A stretch of 64,000 nt of DNA from Azolla caroliniana (lineage: Eukaryota > Plantae > Polypodiophyta): positions 12,958,001-13,022,000 of the forward strand of contig JBHGNT010000012.1 of the NCBI GenBank assembly GCA_043228905.1, written 5' to 3'. Position 1 is the first letter of the stretch. Each line of letters opens with the position of its first letter. The translations under genes were made by a program, and so were the position numbers. The notes beneath the pieces were generated by a model that searched no databases, had not been told where the DNA came from, and saw only the letters and a list, made by a program, of their open reading frames with translations. Positions 52,916-64,000 of this stretch are shown piece after piece.

Positions 52916-55101
52916 TGTCAAGAATAGTACTAAATAGAGAGAGGATTAGTACTAAATAGAGAGAGAATTAGTACTACAGAAGGGAAGTACTATTAGTATT
53001 AAGAGGATGGGACTGCGTAAGACTCCCGAGAGAGGAAAAGAGAAGAGGAGAGAGAGAGATAGGGAGGACACGAGAGAGAGAGAGAGATGATGATAACAGA
53101 TTATATATTATAAGAAGAGTAAGTACAAAAGGGCTATGAAGCTAAAGACTAGCGTTGAACCAATTTGGTTCAACATAATGCCTAGTGCCCTCTTTTATAG
53201 TGTTCTGAGGAGTAATCCTGAAGCTTCTAGAATGTTCTAGAGAAATTTGGAATATACATTAATTTCCTATTATAAAATGTAAATGAAAATAATACCCTAC
53301 GTATTACAATAGATGATATAATGATCAAGAGCTCGACCCATATAACCTAAGGTCATGGGTTTGAGTCTTGCCATATCATACCACTATCCCCCCTTTAAAA
53401 CGACGAATGTCACGAGTCGTTTTGGATGGAGGACCCAGTTTGTGTGGATATTGACAATGGAAGTCTTCAAGAAGTGCACGAGCATTGGTCACTTTCTCGA
53501 TCGGTTCCCAAGTACGTTCGCGGGGACTATAGCCTAGCCAATCAACTAGATAGTAGAGCTTGTTGCGAACAATCTTGGAATCAAGGATGGTGGCAACCTC
53601 GTACTCTGGTCCATCTTCAAGCTCCATCGGGGGTGGAGGTTGTATAATACGTCCTAGGATGGTGCTCTCATGATAGGGTTCAAGGAGAGAACTATGAAAC
53701 ACTGGATGTATCTGAAGTTGAGGAGGTAGATCGAGACAAAAAGCGACATCATTAATCTTTCCGATAATACGGAAAGGGCCTAATCGTCGATAATCCAACT
53801 TCTCACATGGGCGAGTAGTCTTGATGTGTCCTCGTAGCAGCCACACCCGATCTCCAATGTTAAAACTAGATGGAAGTCGATGACGATCCGCGTAGACCTT
53901 GTGTGTTTGTTGAGCTTGCTGGAGATGAGTAGATAAATCTGCTTGTATCTTGCGTAACTTCTCCAAACGATCCTCCGTGCAAGGATTTGTGGACACCTCT
54001 GGGGTTTCAAGTACACTCCATCGAGGGTGACATCCCGTATAATCATAAAATGGCGTAACTTTAGTCGATGCATGGATAGAGTTATTATAGGCAAATTCGG
54101 CGAAGTGGAGAATATCTGCCCACTTATCCTGATGATAGCTGAGAAAGCACCGCAGATACTGCTCCAGCGTTTGATTTGTTCATTCGGCTTGGCCATCGGT
54201 TTGTGGGTGGTAGCCGGAGGAGAGGTTACAAGTGACCTTGACCATTTTAAAAAGGTGCTTCCAGAATTTTGACACGAACTGGGGTCCACAGTCGCTGACG
54301 ATACTATCGGGAAGTCCATGATGCCAACATACTTCACGCATGACAATTTTGGCAGTGTCTTCACTGGAGATTTCCTTAGTACATGGCAAGAAATGAGCCA
54401 TCTTCGTATATCGATCTACCACAGTTAGAATCGCATTGAACTCCTTAGAGATTGGAAGATCTATGATGAAGTCTAGAGCAATGGATTGCCATGGCTTGCT
54501 TGGAATTGGTAACATTTGGTTCTAATAAACCATATGGATGATGCCTTGGCATTTTTGCTCTACAACATGTATCACAAGTCCGAACAAAATCTTCGACAAA
54601 TTGTCGCATACGGGGCCACCAGAATGATCGTTGTACTAAATCTAATGTTTTAGTACTACCAAAATGCCCAGATGTATATGTGTCATGACAATTTTGTACT
54701 ACTCGAAGGCGGCAAGAACCATTAGGAACATACAAAAGTTCTTTAAAGAAGAGTAATCCATCATGGTATTTGAATTGCCGATAGTCCGTACCTGGCGGTT
54801 GGGACTGTGAACACGACGCTCAAGAGGGATCAATTTGTGCTAGTATAGCTTGGGCGAAAGCATTTGTCTTTAGGTCCGCACGTATGTATTGATAACATGG
54901 GAATCCATGGGCATACCAAAAACCTGTGTTGCTTGCAGTCGTGCCAGTCCCAAGATTACTTGCTTTTGGTTATCGAAAGCTAGCTCGTCGGGACGCAGTG
55001 TTAGATACGAACGCCGTGATAATGCATCTAGCTTCCCTTGGTGCTTCTCCGGACGATATGTAATGTTGAAGTCGAAATGTGTGAGGAAGTGGGCCCACCG
55101 A
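52916..55101 (-). mobile_element. Tcn1-like family B element, 3' part (3' LTR 52916..53383)
   Basis: PPT AAAGGGGGGATAG. Chromodomain EYEVATILDS...YLVDWLGY. IN fragments. Confidence 0.9.
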
Positions 55102-57911
55102 CATTAGAGATCTAGGTACTAAACTAGGCTTAAAATAAGGATAAACTAATGATAGATAGAAAGGAGAAAAAGATTGAAGGGTGTCTATCGGCATCCCATA
55201 CCACCGCCGTGGCGTCGAGTCGTACCTGGTGCTGGCGCGCTCGCTACATGAGTTGACCCACCACAAGAGCAAAGCCTCGATGTAGTCAAAAGATCCTCCA
55301 ATGAGGGTAGCTAGGACTCTTATTTATAGCGATACCCAAGGCCCCCAGGCAAGTTCACACTTGACCTAATGGGTTGTCTCAATCTCGAGGATTAAAAGTA
55401 ATCCTCCCCTTCTTTACACTATCGTTTAACCCTCACACTTATCCACGTGTATAGAATACTATGGTAAATTCTCACCACGGGATATTATATGGTCATGCCC
55501 GTAACATACTCCCCTTCTTTAAAACATTGCACTCTTGCAATGGAAAGTTAGGGAAGTTTGTTCTTAGAGTATTCTCGCCTTCCCATGTGGCATCTTTGAT
55601 AGATTTGTCCATCCATTTAATTTTAAATTCTCGTATTTCTTTAGTACGTACCTTTTTTGTTTTAACATCGAGAATTCTTTCTAGTACATGTGGTTTCAAA
55701 GATAACTCTTCAGAAGTAACCAGAATTTCAGTTGTAACTGTGTTGTCACCAGGACCTAGAAGTTCTTTTAGACGACTCACATGGAAGACTGGATGAATTC
55801 GAACACCATCGGGAAGAGTGAGACAATAGGCTGATGACCCAATGCGTTTGAGGACTTTAAAAGGTCCACAAAACCGTGGGTCTAACTTAGCGCACTTACC
55901 CGTAGACAATGTCTTAGAATTATGAGGTACACATAAAAGTACCTTCTGTCCAGGGTTGAATACACGAGGTTGCCTATGATGGTCGGCATAAAAACGAACT
56001 CTATCTTAAGCTGTTTTTATATTATCTCGTAGAATATGCAACATATGTTGCATATCCCGAAGAAAGTTTTGCGTACTTTGCAACTCCTCATGATGTATAT
56101 TAAAATCCATCGGGGCTCGTGGCTGAAAACCATACATCAACATAAAAGGACTATATCCCGTTGACATATGCTTGGAGATGTTATAAGCAAACTCCAAAAT
56201 TGGGAGATAACGTTCCCATTTTGTTGGTTTTGCACCAACGTATACTCGAATCATGTCCTCAATAATTTGATTTACTTGTTCTGTTTGTTCATCGGATTGA
56301 GGATGATCCGTGGAGCTCATGCTCAATGTAGTTTCTCACTTCTTAAAGACTAGTGTCCAAAAGTCACTAGTAAACTTTGGATCTCAATCACTCACGATAT
56401 CCATCGGTAACCCATAAAAACGAAATAATTCGTCAACGAATTGGTAAGCCAATTCAGGAGCTGTTACCGTGGTTTTAGTAGCAATAAATATGGCCATTTT
56501 AGTTAGTCTATCCACCACAACCCAGATGGCATCATGACCTTTTTGGGTGCGAGAAAGGCTAACAATAAAATCCATGGATATACTTTCCCACTTATTATTG
56601 GGAATGTCCAAGGGATGTAAAAGTCCTGCGGCTTTAGGTCGCTCGGCTTTGTTAACCTGACACTGGTGACATTTAGTCACATAGCTATGTATGTCAAGAC
56701 GCATCTTAGGCCAATAAAATTGAGTGGAGATGAGAATGAGTTTACGATGTATTCCAGGGTGTATCATGGCATTAAAAAAGAATCCTCTTTTTGACCTCGG
56801 GTAAATCTGGAACACAAACCTTCCCATTACGGTAGAGCAGACCGTTAGCAATGTGGAAGTATTCCTTTGAGGATGTGGTGGTGTCTGTTCCAGACTCAAC
56901 TCTTGCCCAGTATTTTGCAAAATAGTTGTCATCAGGATACTTTCCTCGAAGGTGATCATAAAGATCTGATGTTATTTCAGTGAAGCTAAGCATGTTAACT
57001 TCACGGATGTGACTTAGTGCATCAGTGACAGTATTTATGGAACCTTTACGATATCGTATGGAAAAATCAAAGTCCTGGATGAGATTAGCCCATCGTGCCT
57101 TACGACCTTTCAGGTCTTGTTGGTCACAAAAATATTTCAAGCACTCGTGGTCCATAGTTACCACAAAGCGATTTCCATAAAGGTAATGGCGCCATGTTTT
57201 GAGCGCATGTATAACTACAAATAATTTCTTTTCTTGAACGGTATACCGACATTGAGCAGAATCAAGTTTCTTACTCTCGAATGCTATTAGTTTAGTATCT
57301 TGATACACGACAGCACGTATAACATAATCGCTTGCATCGATTTCAACCTCAAAATTTTTTGAAGGATGAGGTAAAAGAAGTGAAGGAGCCTTGCAAACCA
57401 GGTCCTTGAGTTCCTTAAAGGCGAGGTCTTCTGTAGCATTCCACACAATAGGTTTTGTAGACTTACGCGTTTGACCTTTTAAAAGATCAGTAAACGACGT
57501 TGTCAATTGGGAGTAATTACGAAGAGACTTTCGCAAAAACCAGACAAAACCAAGGAATGATCGAACTTCTCGAATATTCCGAAGAGTGGGCCAAAGCTTG
57601 ATTTTATCAATGCGAGAAGGATCAATTTCAACTCCTCGTTCGGTTATGAGATGTCCTAGATAAGTAATTGATTTCTTGAAGAACTTACATTTTGAGATCT
57701 TCGCATAAAACTATTTGACATGCAATGTTTGTAAAACAAAGCGGACATATCTAGCATGTTCTTTTAATGTACGGCTATAAACTAAATTATCATCCAAGAA
57801 AATACTGACAAATTTTCCAAGTTGTTCTCAGAAAATGTCATTCATTTCTTGTGTTGGGATTTCGGTCCCTCCGGATGGGATGTCCGGAGATGAATGACGG
57901 CAAGCCCGGTT

Positions 57912-58183
57912 CCGGTTACGGAGCCGGATGATGAAGAACCCGGTATCGGATCCGGATGATGAAGATCCCGGCTACGGAGCCGGATGATGAAGAACCCGGT
58001 TACGGAGCCGGATGATGAAGAACCCGGTATCGGATCCGGATGATGAAGATCCCGGCTACGGAGCCGGATGATGAAGAACCCGGTTACGGAGCCGGATGAT
58101 GAAGAACCCGGTATCGGATCCGGATGATGAAGATCCCGGCTACGGAGCCGGATGATGAAGAACCCGGTATCGGAGCCGGATGA
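57912..58183 (+). repeat. 28-bp tandem repeats in copia U3, arranged as an 84-bp higher-order unit
   Basis: CCGGTTACGGAGCCGGATGATGAAGAAC-type units. 3 x 84 bp in the 5' LTR, 1 x 84 bp in the 3' LTR. Confidence 0.9.
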
Positions 58184-58620
58184 CGAATGTACCCGGAGAG
58201 AGATCCGGATGCGGGGACATATTTGTGAATATGTTTGCCAAGGGCCCTTGAGGCTATACTTGTAAATAGCTCGAAAGTCATATGTGTATAAATATGACTT
58301 AGGGCAAACAGTTTATGTTGCTGCTCATATTTTCTGTTTTTCACTTAGAGGGAGTGAAGAGAGCAGCTGAGAGAGAGAGAGAGAGACGAAGAGGTCGTTG
58401 CCTCTGTGTATTACCGCCGCCTGTGGCGAAGACAGTGAGCTCAAGGTTGTTGCCTTGTAGCTTCACCATTGTACATCTCTGTTTATAGTGATAGTTGGAG
58501 TTTGAGGACTCCCGTGGTTTTTTTTTGTATTTCCTATTTTCTGTGAGTTAATCCTATTCCTCGGTTGTGGCCGAGCGCGGTTTTCAACAAAGTGGTATCA
58601 GAGCGACGGTAACACAGAAA

Positions 58621-61600
58621 ATGGAAGGCGGCGGTAGTGGGCCTCTGGGCATGATGGTGTTGAACTCACAGAACTACGCCGACTGGAAGATAAAGATGGA
58701 AGACCTTCTCATCGTCCGAGACCTGTACGAACCGATCGACAATGCCGAGATACCCAAGGGGGTAATAGAGTCGGAGTGGAAGCTCCTGAACCGGAAAGCC
58801 GTAGCGACGATCCGGCAATATGTCGATGTGAGTGTCCTGCAACATGTGGCGAACGATACGAACGCCTATGAGATGTGGCGGAAGCTGTCCGGACTGTATG
58901 AGAGGAAGAATGCTCTGACCCGGACCTCCCTGATGAGGAAGATAGTGAATCTTAAGTACCGGGACGGCGAGAGCATGGTCGAACACGTAAGCACGTTCAT
59001 GGGATTCGTGAACCAGCTTGCGGCGATCAAGTTCCCGTTGGAGGATGCAATGCAAGCCATCATTCTGATGTGTACATTGCCGGAAAGCTGGGAGAACTTG
59101 GTGGTGACTCTCAGCACCTCCTGCACCGAAGATAACTTGTCTCTACAAACGGTAAAGACAAGTATTTTGAACGAAGAAGCGCGTCGGAGAGATAAAGAAC
59201 CGGCCTCCGACTCGAAGGCGCTGCTTACCGAATCGGAACGGGGAAGACAATGGAACCGGAGTCCGCAAAGACGGGAGAAGTCGGGGACCCGGTCGCAGTC
59301 AAGAGGAAGGCCCACATGCTTCCACTGTGGGAAGCCGGGGCACTTCCGGAAGAATTGTCGGCATTACCGAAAAGACAACGGAGCCGACGACATCGATTCG
59401 AAGAAGTCATCGGAGCGAAACGGTGCATACCGGGGAGCCACGGACCGGAGAGGTCCGGATCGGCGAGGGCAGGACCGGAAAGGAACGACGGCACTCGCGG
59501 CAAGTGAAGAAGAGATAATGCTCATTACCGAAGAGAGGGAGCTGAACCTTGCCGGTGAAGAGATGACCTGGGTGGTCGATTCCGGAGCGTCGTTCCACCT
59601 GACCCCGGAGAAGAAATACTTCTCATCCTACACAGCCGGTGAGCACGGCTGTGTCCGGATGGGAAATGAAGGAACATGCCGGATTGCCGGCATAGGAGAC
59701 GTGTGGCTGATGACATCAACCGGATGCAAGATGCTGCTGAAGGATGTTCGACACGTTCCGGAGGTTCGATTGAACCTGATTTCGGCTGGGAGGCTAGACG
59801 ATGAAGGCTACACGGGTAGCATCCGGAACGGTGTCATGAAGTTCAGCAAAGGGAGCCTGATAGTGGCTTGGGCCCGGAAGGTCAACACCCTGTACCTGAT
59901 GAATTCCCGGCTATGTCCGGAGGAGCTGAACGTGGCAGCTGACACTGCCGGTGAGCTGTGGCACAAGAGACTGTGCCACATGAGCGAGAAGGGGATGAAG
60001 AGGCTTGCAGAAGACAACCTCATTCCAGTGAAGCATGTTAACCTGGAGAAGTGCACCGATTGCCTGGCCGGTAAGCAGAACCGAGCCTCGTTCCACTCAA
60101 GGCCACCGACGAGACGTAGTGCACCATTGGAGTTGGTGCACACTGATGTGTGTCAGGTAGAAACGAAGTCACATGGCGGAGCCCAGTACTTCGTAACATT
60201 CATAGATGATCACAGCCGGAAGCTGTGGACGGCACCGTTGAAGACAAAGGACCAAGTATTGTCCGTCTTCAAAGAACTCCACGCGAGAGTGGAAAGGGAA
60301 TCCGGCAAAGAGCTGAAAGCGATACGAGCGGATAACGGAGGGGAATACCGGGGGCAGTTCGCGGAGTACTGTCGCTCGAAGGGAATCCGGCTCGAGTTTA
60401 CTGTGCCGAAGACGCCGGAACTGAACGGGCTGGCCGAGAGGATGAACCGGACCATAATAGAGAGGGTCCGGAGTATGCTGGCGCATGCGAAATTACCCAA
60501 GGGGTTTTGGGCTGAGGCAATGTCGACGGCGACATATGTGATAAACCGATCACCCTCAGTACCTTTGGACGGAGACACGCCGCAGAGAGTGTGGACCGGT
60601 AGGGAAGTATCTTACCGGCATCTGAAGGTGTTCGGGTGTCTCGCATACGTGCATGTGGCAAAGGACCGGAGAGGAAAGCTAGATCCAAAGACCCGGCCAT
60701 GCATATTCCTCGGTTACGGCGACGACGAGTTCGGCTACCGAGTATGGGACCCGGTCGACAAGAAGATATTCAGGAGTCGAGACATCATCTTCATGGAGGA
60801 CAAGACACTCGCCGACTGGGAGTCGGAGAAGAAGATGAAGAGCTCCAAGTCGACCGGTGAGGATCAACTCTACGAGGAGCAGTCCCGACCGGCAAGGGAC
60901 CGGTTAGCACTCGAGGATCCGGCCGAAGACGGTGAAGAAACAGAACCGGCCGAAGAAGATGAAAATGATACCGGAACCGGCCCCGATCCCGAAGTGGACT
61001 CGGATGAAGAAGAATCGGAAGAACCGGTTACCGAAGCTCCGGAACGGAGATATCCTCTAAGAGAGAGAAGGGCCCCCCGGAGATTTCCGGAACCAGAGCA
61101 CGTGCTGCTAACCGACGAGGGGGAGCCGGAGAGCTTTGAAGAAGCAAAGCATGACACCCAGAGCCGCAGGTGGTTGAGTGCCATGCAGGACGAGATGGAT
61201 TCCCTGCATGAGAACCACACATATGAACTTGTGGAGTTGCCGAAAGGAAAGCGGGCACTTCGAAACAAGTGGGTGTTCAAGCTGAAACCGGGAGATGCCG
61301 GAAACCCCCCGAGATACAAAGCCAGGATCGTGGTGAAGGGGTTTCAGCAGAAGAAGGGCGTCGACTTCGACGAGATATTTGCCCCGGTAGTGAAGATGAC
61401 CTCCATCCGGACGGTGCTGAGCATAGCGGCAAGCATAGACCTCGAGGTAGAACTGATGGACGTGAAGACGGCATTCCTTCACGGTGACCTCGAAGAAGAG
61501 ATCTACATGCAGCAACCGGAAGGATTCAAGAAGAAAGGGAAGGAGCACCTGGTATGCCGGTTGAAGAAGAGCCTTTACGGACTGAAGCAGGCTCCCCGGC

Positions 61601-62694
61601 AATGGTACCGAAAGTTCGACTCTTTCATGACCGACGAAGGGTACCTCAAAACGCAGTCCGACCACTGTGTGTTTGTGAAGAAGTTCGAAGGAGGAGACTT
61701 TCTAATACTCCTCCTGTACGTAGACGACATGTTGATCGTCGGACGGGACCAGGTCAAGATAGGGATGCTGAAGAAGGCTCTTCACCGAACCTTCTCAATG
61801 AAGGACCTGGGTCCGGCGAGGCAAATACTAGGGATGCACATCATCCGGGACCGGAAGAAGAAGCAGTTGTGGCTGTCACAGGAGAAGTACGTGACAAAGG
61901 TGCTTCACCGGTTCAACATGTCGGAAGCAAGACCGGTCGGGTCAACACTCCCGGCAAACTGCAAGCTGTCCAGCAAGAAAAGCCCCAAGACAAAGGCTGA
62001 GAAGGAGGACATGATGAAAGTACCATATGCCTCCGCCGTCGGGAGCTTGATGTACGCAATGGTGTGTACCCGACCGGACATAGGATATGCAGTCGGAGTG
62101 GTGAGCCGGTACATGAGCAATCCCGGCAAAGAGCATTGGAACGCGGCCAAGTGGATACTCCGATACCTGAAGGGCACAGCAAATGTGTGCCTCCGATTCG
62201 GCTCCGGTAAGCCCGAACTCGACGGCTTCACCGATTCGGATATGTCGGCTGATGCAGATACCAGCCGGTCCACATCAGGGTATGTGATGACGTATGCAGG
62301 GGGAGCTGTTTCGTGGCAGTCGAGGCTGCAGAAGACGGTTGCGTTGTCAACCACGGAGGCGGAGTACATGGCGGCTGTTGAAGCCGGCAAGGAAATAATA
62401 TGGATGAAGGACTTCACTAGAGAGCTCGGTATCCGGCAGGAGGAGTACCGACTCTACTGCGACAGTCAGAGTGCCATCCACCTTGCGAAGAACGTGGCCT
62501 ATCACTCCCGGACGAAGCACATCCAGCGAAGATATCACTGGATCCGGGAAAGGATAGAAGACCAGGAGTTCGTGCTGACGAAGATCCACACGGACGAGAA
62601 CGGGTCGGATATGCTGACCAAGGTGCTCACACCCGACAAGCTAGAAGCATGCCGGAAGAGGATCGGATTGGAGAGACATCCCATGCCGAAGTGA
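58621..62694 (+). CDS. Copia gag-pol polyprotein (1357 aa from ATG 58621), uninterrupted
   Basis: CFHCGKPGHFRKNC, VDSGAS, LWHKRLCH, RADNGGEY, LYVDD, FTDSD, CDSQSAIHLAKN. Confidence 0.95.
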   Translation: MEGGGSGPLGMMVLNSQNYADWKIKMEDLLIVRDLYEPIDNAEIPKGVIESEWKLLNRKAVATIRQYVDVSVLQHVANDTNAYEMWRKLSGLYERKNALTRTSLMRKIVNLKYRDGESMVEHVSTFMGFVNQLAAIKFPLEDAMQAIILMCTLPESWENLVVTLSTSCTEDNLSLQTVKTSILNEEARRRDKEPASDSKALLTESERGRQWNRSPQRREKSGTRSQSRGRPTCFHCGKPGHFRKNCRHYRKDNGADDIDSKKSSERNGAYRGATDRRGPDRRGQDRKGTTALAASEEEIMLITEERELNLAGEEMTWVVDSGASFHLTPEKKYFSSYTAGEHGCVRMGNEGTCRIAGIGDVWLMTSTGCKMLLKDVRHVPEVRLNLISAGRLDDEGYTGSIRNGVMKFSKGSLIVAWARKVNTLYLMNSRLCPEELNVAADTAGELWHKRLCHMSEKGMKRLAEDNLIPVKHVNLEKCTDCLAGKQNRASFHSRPPTRRSAPLELVHTDVCQVETKSHGGAQYFVTFIDDHSRKLWTAPLKTKDQVLSVFKELHARVERESGKELKAIRADNGGEYRGQFAEYCRSKGIRLEFTVPKTPELNGLAERMNRTIIERVRSMLAHAKLPKGFWAEAMSTATYVINRSPSVPLDGDTPQRVWTGREVSYRHLKVFGCLAYVHVAKDRRGKLDPKTRPCIFLGYGDDEFGYRVWDPVDKKIFRSRDIIFMEDKTLADWESEKKMKSSKSTGEDQLYEEQSRPARDRLALEDPAEDGEETEPAEEDENDTGTGPDPEVDSDEEESEEPVTEAPERRYPLRERRAPRRFPEPEHVLLTDEGEPESFEEAKHDTQSRRWLSAMQDEMDSLHENHTYELVELPKGKRALRNKWVFKLKPGDAGNPPRYKARIVVKGFQQKKGVDFDEIFAPVVKMTSIRTVLSIAASIDLEVELMDVKTAFLHGDLEEEIYMQQPEGFKKKGKEHLVCRLKKSLYGLKQAPRQWYRKFDSFMTDEGYLKTQSDHCVFVKKFEGGDFLILLLYVDDMLIVGRDQVKIGMLKKALHRTFSMKDLGPARQILGMHIIRDRKKKQLWLSQEKYVTKVLHRFNMSEARPVGSTLPANCKLSSKKSPKTKAEKEDMMKVPYASAVGSLMYAMVCTRPDIGYAVGVVSRYMSNPGKEHWNAAKWILRYLKGTANVCLRFGSGKPELDGFTDSDMSADADTSRSTSGYVMTYAGGAVSWQSRLQKTVALSTTEAEYMAAVEAGKEIIWMKDFTRELGIRQEEYRLYCDSQSAIHLAKNVAYHSRTKHIQRRYHWIRERIEDQEFVLTKIHTDENGSDMLTKVLTPDKLEACRKRIGLERHPMPK

Positions 62695-64000
62695 AGGGGG
62701 AGTTTGTTGGGATTTCGGTCCCTCCGGATGGGATGTCCGGAGATGAATGACGGCAAGCCCGGTTCCGGTTACGGAGCCGGATGATGAAGAACCCGGTATC
62801 GGATCCGGATGATGAAGATCCCGGCTACGGAGCCGGATGATGAAGAACCCGGTATCGGAGCCGGATGACGAATGTACCCGGAGAGAGATCCGGATGCGGG
62901 GACATATTTGTGAATATGTTTGCCAAGGGCCCTTGAGGCTATACTTGTAAATAGCTCGAAAGTCATATGTGTATAAATATGACTTAGGGCAAACAGTTTA
63001 TGTTGCTGCTCATATTTTCTGTTTTTCACTTAGAGGGAGTGAAGAGAGCAGCTGAGAGAGAGAGAGAGAGACGAAGAGGTCGTTGCCTCTGTGTATTACC
63101 GCCGCCTGTGGCGAAGACAGTGAGCTCAAGGTTGTTGCCTTGTAGCTTCACCATTGTACATCTCTGTTTATAGTGATAGTTGGAGTTTGAGGACTCCCGT
63201 GGTTTTTTTTTGTATTTCCTATTTTCTGTGAGTTAATCCTATTCCTCGGTTGTGGCCGAGCGTGGTTTTCAACATCTTGTTGAAAAGTAGTCAGAGCGTT
63301 GGTCAAACCAAAAGGCATAACCAAAAACTCGTAATGGCCACAGCACGTACAAAGTGCCGTTTTAGGAACATCGTCCTCACTTATTCGTATTTGATGATAG
63401 CCAGTACGGAGATCAAGTTTCGTAAAATACCGAGCTCCCTGGAGACGGTCAATTAGATCGTCAGCCTGGGGCAATGGGTAAGAATTCTTGATCGTCACTT
63501 TATTCAAGCGTCAGTAATTAATACACATACGTCATGTGCCCTCTTTCTTTTTAACCAAGAGAACTGGTGCACCCCATGGAGATTTACTATAACGTATATA
63601 ACCCATTCGTAAATAGTCCTTCAGTTGCTTAGATACCTCATCTTCTTCGTATCTACTTAAGCAATATAGAGGTATACTTATTGGTGCAACACCAGGTACA
63701 ATATCTATACGATGGTCTATATTACGTTTAGGAGGTAACCCATCAGGTAGTTCACTTGGAAAAAACATCATGAAAATCATTTAAGATTTCATCAAGTTGT
63801 TGTTCAAAATATGTTAATTGAACCGGGACATTATCGATATTGTAAACGTGAATGTCCGGATCAAGTACACAATGAAATAGAGTAGAACTCGGATATTGAT
63901 AAACATGAGGAAACAATCGAGAGGGATTGTTTTTTTAAAGATTGAATAAAATGTGTACAATCGTTCAGTACAAAAGAAATGGAATGGCGATCCCAATCAA

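Larger units (their letters stand above)
57852..63274 (+). mobile_element. Intact, very young Ty1/copia element
   Basis: LTRs 57852..58589 and 62705..63274. TSD TCTTG. PBS TGGTATCAGAGC 58593..58604. PPT GAAGGGGGAG. Confidence 0.97.
55102..64000 (-). mobile_element. Family A chromovirus, 3' part (3' LTR 55102..55506), running off the window
   Basis: IN/chromodomain, RH and RT fragments. RT is split by the copia insertion. Confidence 0.9.

Noticed and set aside
57912-58183. 28-bp repeats as a CRISPR array
   Set aside because: No unique spacers, no cas genes, eukaryotic LTR context.
58666-62589. Many antisense ORFs within the copia
   Set aside because: Expected from the GC-rich codon usage of the sense polyprotein.

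Overview
Plant nuclear DNA, probably from a non-seed land plant such as a fern (inferred from Tcn1-type chromoviruses and spore-storage-type 2S albumins). The window is dominated by nested LTR retrotransposons: five or more copies of a group-II-chromodomain chromovirus (family A, LTR ends TG...TA), two Tcn1-like group-I-chromodomain elements plus a solo LTR (family B), a non-chromovirus Ty3/gypsy with an extra 3' ORF (family C), an 888-bp solo LTR, and one decayed and one intact, very young Ty1/copia. The host DNA holds (i) a Sola2-like DNA-transposase remnant converging on an FCP1/NIF-like phosphatase remnant, both associated with palindromic TAGCTAATTAGCTA arrays, and (ii) a tandem array of six Arg/Glu-rich 2S-albumin-like storage-protein genes with RY+ABRE promoters, all disrupted. 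Most notable observations: antisense tRNA-like (Pol III A/B-box) cassettes in the U3 of three distinct LTR types, a CCA-ending tRNA-Arg 3'-half mimic where a polypurine tract is expected, an array of five hairpins in the family A leader, and a telomere-repeat filler at a deletion junction. All family assignments come from motif recognition by eye; no database searches were run.
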